DNA of 63,998 bases, filler included, from Pseudovirgaria hyperparasitica (taxonomy: Eukaryota), in the NCBI GenBank assembly GCA_010093815.1. It is 8 parts of 5 records of this genome, joined end to end, with 100 filler letters (N's around TTAATTAATTAA, not from the genome) between each part and the next. Parts side by side here need not be neighbours in the genome. Positions count along the whole stretch, not along the records: positions 1 to 7,605 come from ML996597.1; positions 7,706 to 10,468 come from ML996597.1; positions 10,569 to 22,029 come from ML996597.1; 5 more parts are not named here. One strand, given 5' to 3'. How positions within the stretch are numbered: position 1 is the stretch's first letter; each line of letters opens with the position of its first letter. The translations under genes were made by a program, and so were the position numbers. This document shows positions 1 through 11,219 of the stretch, in pieces. Below the pieces are notes generated by a model. That model had not been told where the DNA came from. It saw only the letters and a program-made list of their open reading frames with translations, and did no database searches.

Positions 1-44
1 TACCTTATATAAACTTATTAGATATAGTAGAGGTTAAGTTTATA
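1..44 (-). repeat. End of an LTR, inverted copy of the LTR starting at 3132, abutting Gypsy-1 pol
   Basis: 1-42 is the exact reverse complement of 3134-3175. Both copies break at the TGTAAAC/GTTTA(C>T)A LTR-like terminus. Confidence 0.7.
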
Positions 45-2589
45 ATAAATTAGTTAGTATAAGCTTCTTATAGAGTTTAATATCTAAATTATATATTATA
101 AAGAATCCGAAAATAGAAGAGCTAATACCCTTAGCTAATAAGTAGAATATAAGTAAAAAGAACCTACTATAGAATAGACTATATTAGAAATTACTAAAGA
201 AGAAAACCTTAAACTAATATAATATATTATAGTAATATAGAAAGAATTTATACTTAAGGACCCTAAGGGAAGAAGTATAATCCTAAGGGATAAGGCCTAC
301 TATTTTATTAAAGAATTCTATAAAGATCTAATATATAGATATTAAGGAGAAATAAAAACTTATAAAAGATTTAAGAGATATTATATAACTTATAAGGAAA
401 GATAAGTTATTAAGGAAGTTATATAGAACTATATTCTATATAGTAAAAGCTAATCTAATAGATATAAACTATATAGAGAACTTTAACCGATTCCCCTACT
501 ATTACGTGCTTAAAAAATAATCTCTATAGACTTTATAATAGATCTACTACTCTTAAGAGAACTAGTTTTATAAGTATAGTATAATACTATACTAGTAGTA
601 GTTAATAAACTCACGAAATATATCTACTTTATACTCTATTAAAAGAATATAGATATAGAAGAAATAGTCTACGTATTCCTATAAGTAGTTATAGTAAACT
701 ATAGTTTATCTAATAGTATTATATCTAATAGAAATAAACTCTTTATATTAAACTTTTAGAAAAGCCTAGTGCGATAGCTTAGAATAAACTACTAACTATT
801 AATAGTCTACTATCTATAGATAGATAGATAAATAGAGATTCTAAATAGAATACTAGAATAATACCTCTAATACTATATTAATAAATAATAAGATAATTAG
901 ATAGAACTACTACTACTAGCTTAATTCGTCTATAATAGCGCGATAACCTTAATAACTAAAACCTTACCGTTCTATATAAACTACGGATTTAACCCTATAG
1001 CTAGCTATAATTATAAACTAGAATAATCTATACTAAAAGTAAAGATTAAGATAGAATAGCTATATAAGCTATACTTAGAGCTATAGACTAAACTTTCTTT
1101 TATAAATAAAAGAATAATAAAATATATAAATTAAAAGAGAATAAAGGGACTATCTCTAAGGGGGGGAGACCTAGTATTCCTTATATAAAAAAATATTAAG
1201 ATATAATAACTAAATAGTAAACTAGACTTTAAAAAGATTAGACCTTTCCGAATAAAATAAAAAATTTTAGAAGTTAATTATAAACTATCTTTACCTTAGA
1301 ATATAAGAATATACCTAGTATTTTATATCTTATTACTAGAACTAGTACTATATAATATAAAAATTAAAACTAATATTAAAGCTATAGATAAGGAATTTAA
1401 AGTTAAAAGGATCCTAGAATCTAGAATTAGTAATAAAATACTAGAATACCTAATTAAGTAGAAGGGCTATAGATATAAATTAAATACTTAGGAACCTAGG
1501 GAATATTTAACGAACTACTAGTAACTATTATAGAAGTTCTATTAAATAAACCTAGATTCGCCTAGTCCTCTATACTAAGCTAAGAATTATTAAAATCTAA
1601 GGGAGGATTTAGAGCCTCCTTAATAGTAACTCTCTATTATTATTTAAGTTACTTCTTCTTCTTCTTAACGTCTATTACTAATAGATTCTAATAAAGTATA
1701 TTATTTTAATAACGCTCTAATAGCTTCTACTATTTCTCTAAGCGCTCTAGATACGTAAAGGCGGTCTAAGCGTTCTACTAAGCTTTTCGCTAAGTAGTAG
1801 CCGTATACTCTTTCTCTAACTTAAGATAAGTCTTTTTAGAATAAACCTTCTTATCTAGAAATATTACTTACTAGCTCTAATAAAAGGAAAGAGAACTTAT
1901 AAGATAATTTACTTAAAGCCTTAATTCTATACTTACTTACTAAGCGACCCTAACGAACGCACTCTAAATACTTATTAGACTTTATAAATACCGCCCTATA
2001 AGTTAAACCATGTTTCTTATAGAATAAGTAAGGGAAAGGTATCTCGTTACCCTTATAATTAATTAAAATAGATAAAGTAACTCTCCGTTTCGCCGGATTA
2101 GATTTAGAAGACTTAACTAATTTTATAACTCTAGGTATAATAGAAGAAAAAGAGGAAGGGCTCCTTACTAAAGAAAATTAGAATAACCTTCTACTTATAA
2201 GTAACTATAGAAGTACTTCGGGACAAAGTACCTTAGAAGGGGTATTATATAATAAATTACTAGCTAGAGCTATAGAAGAATATATAGACTCTAGTATAAG
2301 TAGTATAAGAAATAGTATAATATATAGAAGAGGTACCTATAATATAATAGGTAACCTTAGATAATAATCTAAGGCCGAGATAGACACCTATAGAGAGAGC
2401 TAATTATAGGTACTTAGAATAGATATTCTAAGTAGCCCACCTAGTAATTAGAAATAGAATATTAGTATTCTAAGTAATATACTAAATACTTAAAATAAGT
2501 ATTCTAATTAGAGGACCTTAGTAGAACTATATAGACCCTTTAGACCTAACCTCTAGAGATAGTTCTATAGTAATTAATTTAAACTTATA
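45..2589 (+). mobile_element. Gypsy-1: RIP-degraded Ty3/Gypsy chromovirus, 3' half (RNase H end, integrase, chromodomain, PPT, 3' LTR)
   Basis: Translation gives IYYKESENRRANTLS (RNase H end), ISIDFIIDLL and IISNRNKLFI (integrase core), KKIRPFRI (GPY/F) and EFKVKRILESR...EYLIK*KGY...NT*EP (chromodomain). PPT AGAAGGGG at ~2235-2242, LTR from ~2248. The LTR end is approximate. Confidence 0.85.
1496..2138 (-). pseudogene. Antisense accessory gene in Gypsy-1: Zn2Cys6-like N-terminus plus coiled coil, probable single intron
   Basis: Reverting RIP TAY>TGY gives P-C-x2-C-KKHGLT-C-x8-C-x2-C-VR-x-GR-x4-C, with one TGC still intact. After a frame change around 1860-1910 it reads AFTYLERLEK(Q)(Q)KLLER. 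Confidence 0.65.
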
Positions 2590-2782
2590 CTAATATAATT
2601 ACTACTTTACTTACCTACTAGCTAGTTACTATTTATACTCTATTAATACTTACTATAAACCTACTTATACCTCTTAGAGCCTTCTAAGTACCTTTACCTT
2701 TAGAAAAGCTAGAATACTCTATAAAATGGACTACTTTAGAGATAAGCCGCACTCTTATTAAGGAAGGTTTATTATACTTAGA

Positions 2783-3131
2783 AAGGGTAGCGAGGTTAAC
2801 TTATCTAGATATACCTATCTTCTTTACTAACTTTCTCTTATAGAGTTTAGATATAAGTTACTTTATTATATCTATAGAAGGATTCTTAACGGAGACTCTA
2901 GTAATACTAGTAGTAATAGCGTGTGTCTATAGCTCTATTAATATATATTTAATCTTATAATAAAGATAACTAGATAAGAATAGAATAATAAAATAGTAGT
3001 CTTACTTATTAGTATAACTAACGTCTATATAATAGTAAGTTAACTCTATTATACTAATTATCTTAATCTATTTTAGGCTAGCTTCCTTCCTCTACTAAGC
3101 CTTATTATATATAATTATAGTATACCCTCTT
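2783..3131 (-). pseudogene. Heavily RIP-mutated relic of ORF2 of the two-gene Tc1-like element
   Basis: Aligns colinearly with 45950-46297. Differences are almost all C>T or G>A. Confidence 0.85.
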
Positions 3132-3475
3132 TGTAAACTTAACCTCTACTATATCTAATAAGTTTATATAAGGTACTTCCTTATTAGAAATAGCTTAATA
3201 TTAGTAATTGATATTACTAATATTATCTACTTATATATATAAATACTCTATACTCTTATAGAAGTTTCTAGAACCCTCTAGAAACTTCTAGAGGCCTTTA
3301 GAAACACGAACTTCTATAGAGTTCTATTAGGTTCTACTATAGAGTCTATAAGTTCTATAGAGTTCTACTCTACTCTATTCTATTCTAAGGAAACTACTAG
3401 AGCTATAGAATATATACGTACGTCTAGAGGTCTAGAAGATTCCTATTATTAATTAAGAGAAGGATCTAGAATGTA
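3132..3475 (+). repeat. Probable LTR (starts TGTAAAC), possibly the 5' LTR of the Copia host
   Basis: TG start, inverted second copy at 1-44, and position upstream of the Copia protease. Truncated by a gap. Confidence 0.5.
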
Positions 3476-3917
3476 NNNNNNNNNNNNNNNNNNNNNNNNN
3501 NNNNNNNNNNNNNNNNNNNNNNNNNNNNNNNNNNNNNNNNNNNNNNNNNNNNNNNNNNNNNNNNNNNNNNNNNNNNNNNNNNNNNNNNNNNNNNNNNNNN
3601 NNNNNNNNNNNNNNNNNNNNNNNNNNNNNNNNNNNNNNNNNNNNNNNNNNNNNNNNNNNNNNNNNNNNNNNNNNNNNNNNNNNNNNNNNNNNNNNNNNNN
3701 NNNNNNNNNNNNNNNNNNNNNNNNNNNNNNNNNNNNNNNNNNNNNNNNNNNNNNNNNNNNNNNNNNNNNNNNNNNNNNNNNNNNNNNNNNNNNNNNNNNN
3801 NNNNNNNNNNNNNNNNNNNNNNNNNNNNNNNNNNNNNNNNNNNNNNNNNNNNNNNNNNNNNNNNNNNNNNNNNNNNNNNNNNNNNNNNNNNNNNNNNNNN
3901 NNNNNNNNNNNNNNNNN

Positions 3918-3992
3918 AGAACTAGGTGTTAACCTTCTTAGTCTAAGTCTAATTACTAAGAAAGGTTATACACTCTCCTTTAATAAGGAAAA
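3918..3992 (+). mobile_element. Copia host fragment 1 (end of protease)
   Basis: ELGVNLLSLSLITKKGYTLSFNKE continues in frame at 10202 (NYFIYTPSRKLLAKG) once Gypsy-2 and one TSD copy are removed. Confidence 0.8.
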
Positions 3993-4220
3993 TGTAAGAA
4001 TAGGGTTATTAGATAGTAGTATAGTTAGATGGAACAATGGGGTGTATTCTATTATAGAACGAATTACTACCGAACCCTTTCGGTAGGAATCCGAGAGTAT
4101 ATATATAAAGGGACGCCGATCTATCTAGTATATAACTATTTACCGCCCTTCACGTTACCTTCTAACCCTATTAGCTAAGGTACGTATAGGTCGGGTTCTA
4201 CCTAAGGCTAAGTCCTAATA
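3993..4220 (-). repeat. Gypsy-2 3' LTR
   Basis: Direct repeat of 9969-10196 with TGTAAG start on the + strand. Confidence 0.92.
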
Positions 4221-4791
4221 ATTATCCCTTCCCTCTAGGAAGCTACCCTTAGTAACCTAGATTATTACCTATCTCTATATCCCTATCCTAAGTCTTATAA
4301 AACCTTAGTTATTCTCTACGCTTTGTCTTAGATACTTACTAATATTCGCCGATCTAAGATTTATATAAGCGTTTTCCTAATAAACTAGATTTTATCTATC
4401 TTAACTTCTTATATAGGTGAGATTACCTAATTAGGCCTAGCGTATCACATAATATAATTAGATAAGCCCAGATACTACCTATATTAAAATCTTTTCTTAG
4501 AAATATTCCTTTCTTTAAAAAACTTCTTAACTCTTTATAGAGTTTTTTAGATTATTAGGTATATTACCCGATCCTTATAGATATAGATTTATATAGATTT
4601 ACTATAATTTAGTACGATTTACATAATTTACTAATTTTTATACCGTCCTTAGCTAGTAATAACATAATTCGTAATAATCTATATAAATTAATAATAATTA
4701 TAATATGGTTTCCCGAAATCTCGACGCTCTAAAGTAATTAGTATAGAAATAGGCGCCTTTAAATAATCCCTATCTTATATACGTTACCGAC

Positions 4792-5686
4792 ATGTCGAAA
4801 GCCATTAATCTACCCCGACCTAGGCCGGGCTCTAATAATCTAGCTATATATTATTATAGTTATTACTTTCCGTCGTATATTACTCACGGCGGTACTAAAT
4901 CTATAATATATAGTACTTATATAACTAAGAAGCGTTATTACTTATAGGTATTTAAGTAAGTTCGAAGAACTTTACATAGATTTACTTATATTAGTATAGA
5001 TTACTACTAGGCCTCTAGTAACCCCTACTAATAAGGAGCGTAGTACTACTAATCGTAACGCCTTAGAGAAGGCTTTCTACGAGCTATATACCTAAGGTAA
5101 GGGTTACGCCTAGGAGTACGATTCTAATAAGATCCGTAAGGATTTATCGGAATCTACTATAGCTATTATTACCGCGATTACTAGGTAATATTATTTTTCT
5201 TAAATCGTTATAGATTCTTACTAATATATATTAATCTATATAATAGTGCTAAAATCTCTACCACTTCGGACTTCTTTCTATATACTAGCGATATTAAAAT
5301 TCCTAGAAAAGGTTCTAGTAAAAAGGCTAAGGTTCCTTCCTCGCGCGTGCTAAAGAGCCGTAAATTTAGGGAAGATAGCTCTAATCTAGAAGTTTCTATA
5401 CTAAAGGTATGTGGTTCTATACCGATTATTTAATCTTTTCGCTGATTTATATAATTCTTAGCGTGCCCGCGCCGGTCCGTCTCTCTCTATCCCGGGTTCC
5501 GCCGCTCCGTAGGTTTCTATAGAGAAGTTTATAGCTATAAGGCGCGCTATATAGAATTTATAGCGTCGGAACGAAAGGCTAGAGACTTATATTATAAAGC
5601 TCTATACTATGCTAAATAAGAACTAGCGGAAGGAATTAGATATAACCATTACGGTAATTAGTACTTCTACTTCTACTCTAACTTAA
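4792..5686 (+). pseudogene. Antisense multi-exon accessory gene in Gypsy-2 (Cys-rich N-terminus, C-terminal coiled coil)
   Basis: ATG at 4792 (MSKAINLPRPRPG), then Tyr codons revertible to Cys in C-x2-C spacing. Canonical introns at 5185-5246 (GTAAT..ACTAAT..TAG) and 5407-5461 (GTATGT..GCTGAT..TAG). Last exon reads RRAI(Q)NL(Q)RRNERLE. Confidence 0.6.
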
Positions 5687-8600
5687 TTAGTTTAGATCTA
5701 TACTAATCGGTACTAATATATCTCTTTTATCTAGCGTTTTTAGTTTTTCGGTTTTAATTTTAAAGCGATCTTACTTCTTCTAGATAGATTAGTACGAGTT
5801 TATATAGGTCTATATAGATCTTTATATTTTCTTTTAGCTTTCTTAATTTTATCTTTCTTTAATAATAACTTCTTTAATCTCTTTAGTAATCTATACCAAT
5901 CTATACCAATCAGCACCGAATTTCAATGTCCATTTCTCTTAGTAAATCATTTTTCTAAGTCTCTTTTTTAGTTAAATTTTTTAAAGTTCTAAGTTTAAAC
6001 TTTCTAAGGAAGTTCCTTAATTCCTTAGAATGTTTTAAAGATCTATGTCTCTTTTACCTTCTTTCTTTTAGGCGGCCGTCCTCGGCGCCGAACTATACTA
6101 AAAAATATTAAATCGCTATACTTTAGTATAATTCTCTACGATTCCGCGGCTTCCTTTGCTAATCGCTACTTATATACTAATATTACTACTTTACTAATGT
6201 TTATTATAGGTTCCTAAGTATCTTTATTAGGATTATATTCTTTCTAACGAATTTTATATAGCCACGTGCTATCTTCGGCGCGTTACTAGCTAAGTATCTA
6301 CTTAACTTTATAGATATCTATACCTTCTTACGTAACTACTTTATATAGTATCTATTCGGAATAATCCAGTAATAATAAGGCATAAAATGGCTCAAGAAGC
6401 ATAATATAGAATATATTATATATCTTTAACGTAGGAGGGAGTTATAACTCGTACACCTGGTTATTAATTATACAAGTAATCTTATATAGACCTATTATCA
6501 TATAGTTAAGCTTCTTCTTTAGCCTAATACTACGAATATTCTTACTATTTAGTAAAACTTTATCCCTAACATTAAAGATCATAGGTTTTCTACCCTTATT
6601 ATAGTACGATTTACTATAATTCATAGTATCTTATAGTAACTTTATAACGCTTCTTTACGTTTAGAATAGTTCTATAGTAATTTCTATTACTTTAATGTTA
6701 GATTATTCTACTTTAAACTAAGTCCCTAAGAACTACGTATTATGGTTCTAACCGAAGTTTACTTTAAACGGACTTATATAGGTTAACGTATATCGGCTGT
6801 TATTATACGCGAATTCCGCGACATAGACTAACCTTACCTAGTTATCCTACTTATAGTTATAATATACGCGTAAATACGCCTCGACTATCTAATTCTACCG
6901 CTCTATCTACCTATCTATTTATAGATAGAACGTAGTACTAAGTTTCCGCTTAATTCCTAGCGTATAGTAGAAATCCGTCTAAAATTTAGACGTTATCTAC
7001 AGACCTCTATCCAAAACTATACCATTCAGTATACTATAGAGCCGGACTACGTCACGGAGTAGTATATCTATAAGATCCGGTGCTTAGATCGTCTTCCTTA
7101 TAGGGATATAGTATAATATCTTTATAAATCTATCTAGAACTACGAGTAAACTATTATAAATATACCTAGAATACTTACTTAGAGGTAGATCTATAATAAA
7201 ATCCATTAATAATTCCTTCTATACTTCCTTTAGTATAGGTAATAGTCTTAATTCGCCATATGGTAAGTATCTATATACTTTTATATACTAGTAAACGTTA
7301 CACGTTTTTATATAGTCTTTTATATATTTATAAAGACCTAGCTAGTTATACGTCCTTCGGATTAAATCGACCGTCCTTATAACGCTAAAGTACCCTACTA
7401 ACGCGTAATCGTACTATTCCCTTAAAATATTAATTCGTAAGCCGCCTTCCGGTATATAGAGTCGGCCTTGGAAGTAGATCGCGTCTAATTATTATTCCTA
7501 CCTTAATAACCACGGCGGATCTATAGCGCTTCCTTTTATACTTATGACTTTCTTTACTAATATATCGGAATTCTAGGTAGATTTAATTAAGTCTTCGAGG
7601 GTTTTNNNNNNNNNNNNNNNNNNNNNNNNNNNNNNNNNNNNNNNNNNNNTTAATTAATTAANNNNNNNNNNNNNNNNNNNNNNNNNNNNNNNNNNNNNNN
7701 NNNNNGTAATAGATAACGATTCTTCTTAGTTACTATATTTAGTATCTAATAGTTAATATATAGACGTAAACTTCTGTCTTTCTTCTTCACGAAGAGAATA
7801 GATACGCCGACTAATAATATACTACGACGTATCTAGCCTCTTTTAAGGTATTCTTTAATATATTTACGAAGAACTTTAAGTTCTAGTCTCGAAAGTAGGT
7901 AAAGTAGACTATAAGGGACGTCTACTCCCTCTTCGAGCTCGATCTTTAGCTTATATAGCCCGTGATTAGGGAGAAGTAACGCATCTCCTACTAAAAACAC
8001 ATCCGTATACTATGAATATACGTTAGATAGTGTATCTTCGCCCTAATTATTACTATTATCCTTATCTTTATTAATAATCGATAAGAACGTAAGATAGATT
8101 AGTAACGATTAGGTCCGTACGGCGAGGTTCTATATCTCCTTACTAATAGTTACGACTTACTAGTATAATTTACTACGGTATTATTAGAATATTAATATCT
8201 CCTTCTAAAAATCAAGGATAGGGTTTAGACGTCTAAGCTAAGGCATCCCTAGAATTATATTCTATTAGCTAATATTAGCCACGATAAATTTATTAGACAT
8301 CTACTATTTTATTATCTTTAAGTTATGAACTTCGTAATTCGTTATAGCTTTACCTAAAGTTCTAACTTTATATCTATTAACTATAATAGTTTAGCTAACT
8401 TTACTAAGATTATATAATAATCTATACTCCTTTACGAGAATTAACGAAATATAGTTATCTTCTATACTAGTATCTATAAGGGCCTATATAGTTTTATTAC
8501 TATTTACTATAGATAACGATACTTTTAGTAATATTAGGTCTTTACTCGCCGGAAGGCGCTACGGCTCCTTCTAAGTATATATAATTTAGCTAAGAACGCG

Positions 8601-9968
8601 GTTAGGTCTCGTGTACTAGCCTATTCTTTTTTCGGATTCTTATAGTTAGACAAAATATATTCTATTTCTCTATACTTATAGTAACGAAGTGCGCTATAAT
8701 CCTACTATTTTACGATAGGCGTTATATTTAAGTCTATGCCTTATTCTTTTCCGCGTTAAGAAGTACCGCCTTAATTATTTCGGTGTCCTCTTAACGCGTT
8801 TCTACCTCGATTTACGCTCTTCTAGCGCTAATCGCGGTAAGGTTACTCTTAATCGAACGTATTCGATCGACCTCGTTTCTAACCCGTATAGGGTTCGTCG
8901 GTTTTACCTAGAGAGCCGCGTTCCTTAAGGATACGGTAGTATTTATTAGCTTTCTTCTCTAATTTATATAGATAGTTAAAACTTAATAATACTATTTCTA
9001 GTCTTTCGCGGATTAACGGAAGTAGTACTTTACGAAACTAGAATATATAAATATTTTTCTATAGCGTAGGGATATTATCCTATAGGTTTTAGAGGTATTA
9101 TAGTAGTTAAGTAGGTGTCTAGTTCGGTCGTTATACTACGCTTCTTAACTTAGATAGTACCTTTCTTTTACGTTCTCCATTCGTTCCGAGGGTGTTTAGT
9201 ATAAATATAGCTAAATATTCCTAGGTTATCGTAGATAGTAGCTGTACTTCCTTCTATCTATTCTATTAATCGCGGGATTATAAGCCTAGGTATCGTTCTC
9301 TAAACGAAATACGTTATACTTTAGTAGAAAAGAGTAGAGAGTTATCGAGGAAGTACTTTTCGTAGTCTCTCTTCTAGTCTTTCTACTCCTTTTAGTTCTT
9401 CTCTATAAATATAGTCGGGTCTTTAGGTTTTGGTATATCTAGGGAAGGAGTAGAGTAAATCGGTAATGAAGCGGCCGGGTATACGGTGGATTATCGCAAC
9501 TCTAATAGTAGATAAACTAATTCCGCCTAAATTAGTATAGGAAGTCGTCCACCTACTATTGTTTAGCGTAGTTCTTTAAGAGACTCCTTAAGTTCTTATC
9601 TCTTTATAAGGAGTTTCGCGCGTTCTATCTATTCTTTAAGGGTTTAAATCTCTCGAGCCTAATTCGCGACGTATTCCTAAAGTTCGACGATAGTTTATTA
9701 TAATACCTTACGTGGCTCCGCCACGACTTATTATCCGGCTTTATATTATTAGAAGTTACTCGGCGTATCTACTATTTCTTCGTCTAAAAGCTCTATGATT
9801 TAGTCTAATATTTCTACTTCTTAGTTAGAAACGGCTAGGATTAATACTAATTATAGAGGATCCCTATTATTTAATATAGTATTACTTATCCCTATAGTAG
9901 ATCGTGTCGACCTTCTCGGTTCTAGTTAGACTATCTTAACTATAGTACTATATAGGGAGTAATTCGAA

Positions 9969-10196
9969 TATAAGAATAGGGTTATTAGATAGTAGTATAG
10001 TTAGATAGAATAATAGGGTATATTCTATTATAGAACGAATTACTACCGAACCCTTTCGGTAGAAATCCGAGAGTATATATATAAAGGGACGCCGATCTAT
10101 CTAGTACGTGACTATTTACCGCCCTTCACGTCACCTCCTAACCCTATTAGCTAAGATACGTGTAGGTCAGGTCCTACCTAAGGCTAAGTCCTAATA
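9969..10196 (-). repeat. Gypsy-2 5' LTR
   Basis: Direct repeat of 3993-4220. Confidence 0.92.
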
Positions 10197-10468
10197 GAAA
10201 ATTACTTTATTTATACCCCTAGTAGAAAATTACTAGCTAAGGGTATATATAAGTAGGGGGTATCTACTTTTAGTACTATAAGCTCTAATAATATACCTCT
10301 AGAGTATATTAATAATAAAATATTATCTACTCTAGATATAGAAGAAGAATTAGAAGATATAGACTTTATTTCTAATAAGTCTAATTCTAAAGAATCTAAT
10401 TCTATAGAGTCTAATTCTATAGAGTCTAATTCTATAGAGTCTAATTCTATAGAGTCTAATTCTAGAGA
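10197..10468 (+). mobile_element. Copia host fragment 2 with a 15-bp tandem repeat (TCTAATTCTATAGAG, ~6 copies)
   Basis: In-frame continuation of the Copia protease end, then an acidic linker and the tandem repeat at 10380-10468 running into a gap. Confidence 0.7.
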
Positions 10469-11219
10469 NNNNNNNNNNNNNNNNNNNNNNNNNNNNNNNN
10501 NNNNNNNNNNNNTTAATTAATTAANNNNNNNNNNNNNNNNNNNNNNNNNNNNNNNNNNNNNNNNNNNNCTTTCCTTACGTTCATGGGCCTCTATGGGTAT
10601 TAATTATTAGGCTTAGCTATTAAAGAATTAATTAAGAGTATTATATAGACCCGTTCTATTATAAAAGAGAACTAATAAGAAGTCGTGCGTTTAAAGAGAA
10701 CTCATAATACCTAGGAGAGATACTTATAAGTTCGTCGCGACTACTATACTAGGAACATAGCTATTTATAAAAGGGACACACGTAGTAATAGCTTACTATA
10801 ATTTTAGAGGTCGTACCCGGACTACGAACTTATAGAGGGAGATTAGGACTCTAAAACTAGCTTAGGGGAAGTATATAGCGTGTCTAATAAGGTAGTCTAG
10901 ACTTACTAGATCGAAGCCATGAGTCCGGAAAACAGGGAGTCCGGAGTCGCTAGGGGCTAGCCTCTTAAAAGTAGCCGTAAAAAGTATATATATACTAACA
11001 CGGGTAATAGCGCGACTCGAAAATATCTTAGGGGAATAGAATATAAAATAGGGCTAGATGAAGTAGTAAAGAAGAGTTTAAAAACGATAAATATAACCTG
11101 TTTAGTACTACTATAGCTGTTATTTATAAACACGGCTACACGAGTATACTACTTTAGGAACGCCTTACACGAAGATAATAATATAAGTAGAATACCGTGA
11201 ACCTTATATCGATAAAGAC

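Larger units (their letters stand above)
3993..10196 (-). mobile_element. Gypsy-2: RIP-degraded Ty3/Gypsy chromovirus with both LTRs and a 5-bp TSD
   Basis: 228-bp LTRs at 3993-4220 and 9969-10196. TSD GAAAA at 3988-3992 and 10197-10201. Minus-strand PPT at ~4221-4238. gag ~9895-8630, protease (ALIDTS) ~8480, RT start ~7950-7710, integrase ~7500-6420, chromodomain ~6380-6200. Part of RT/RNase H is lost in the linker gap. Confidence 0.92.
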
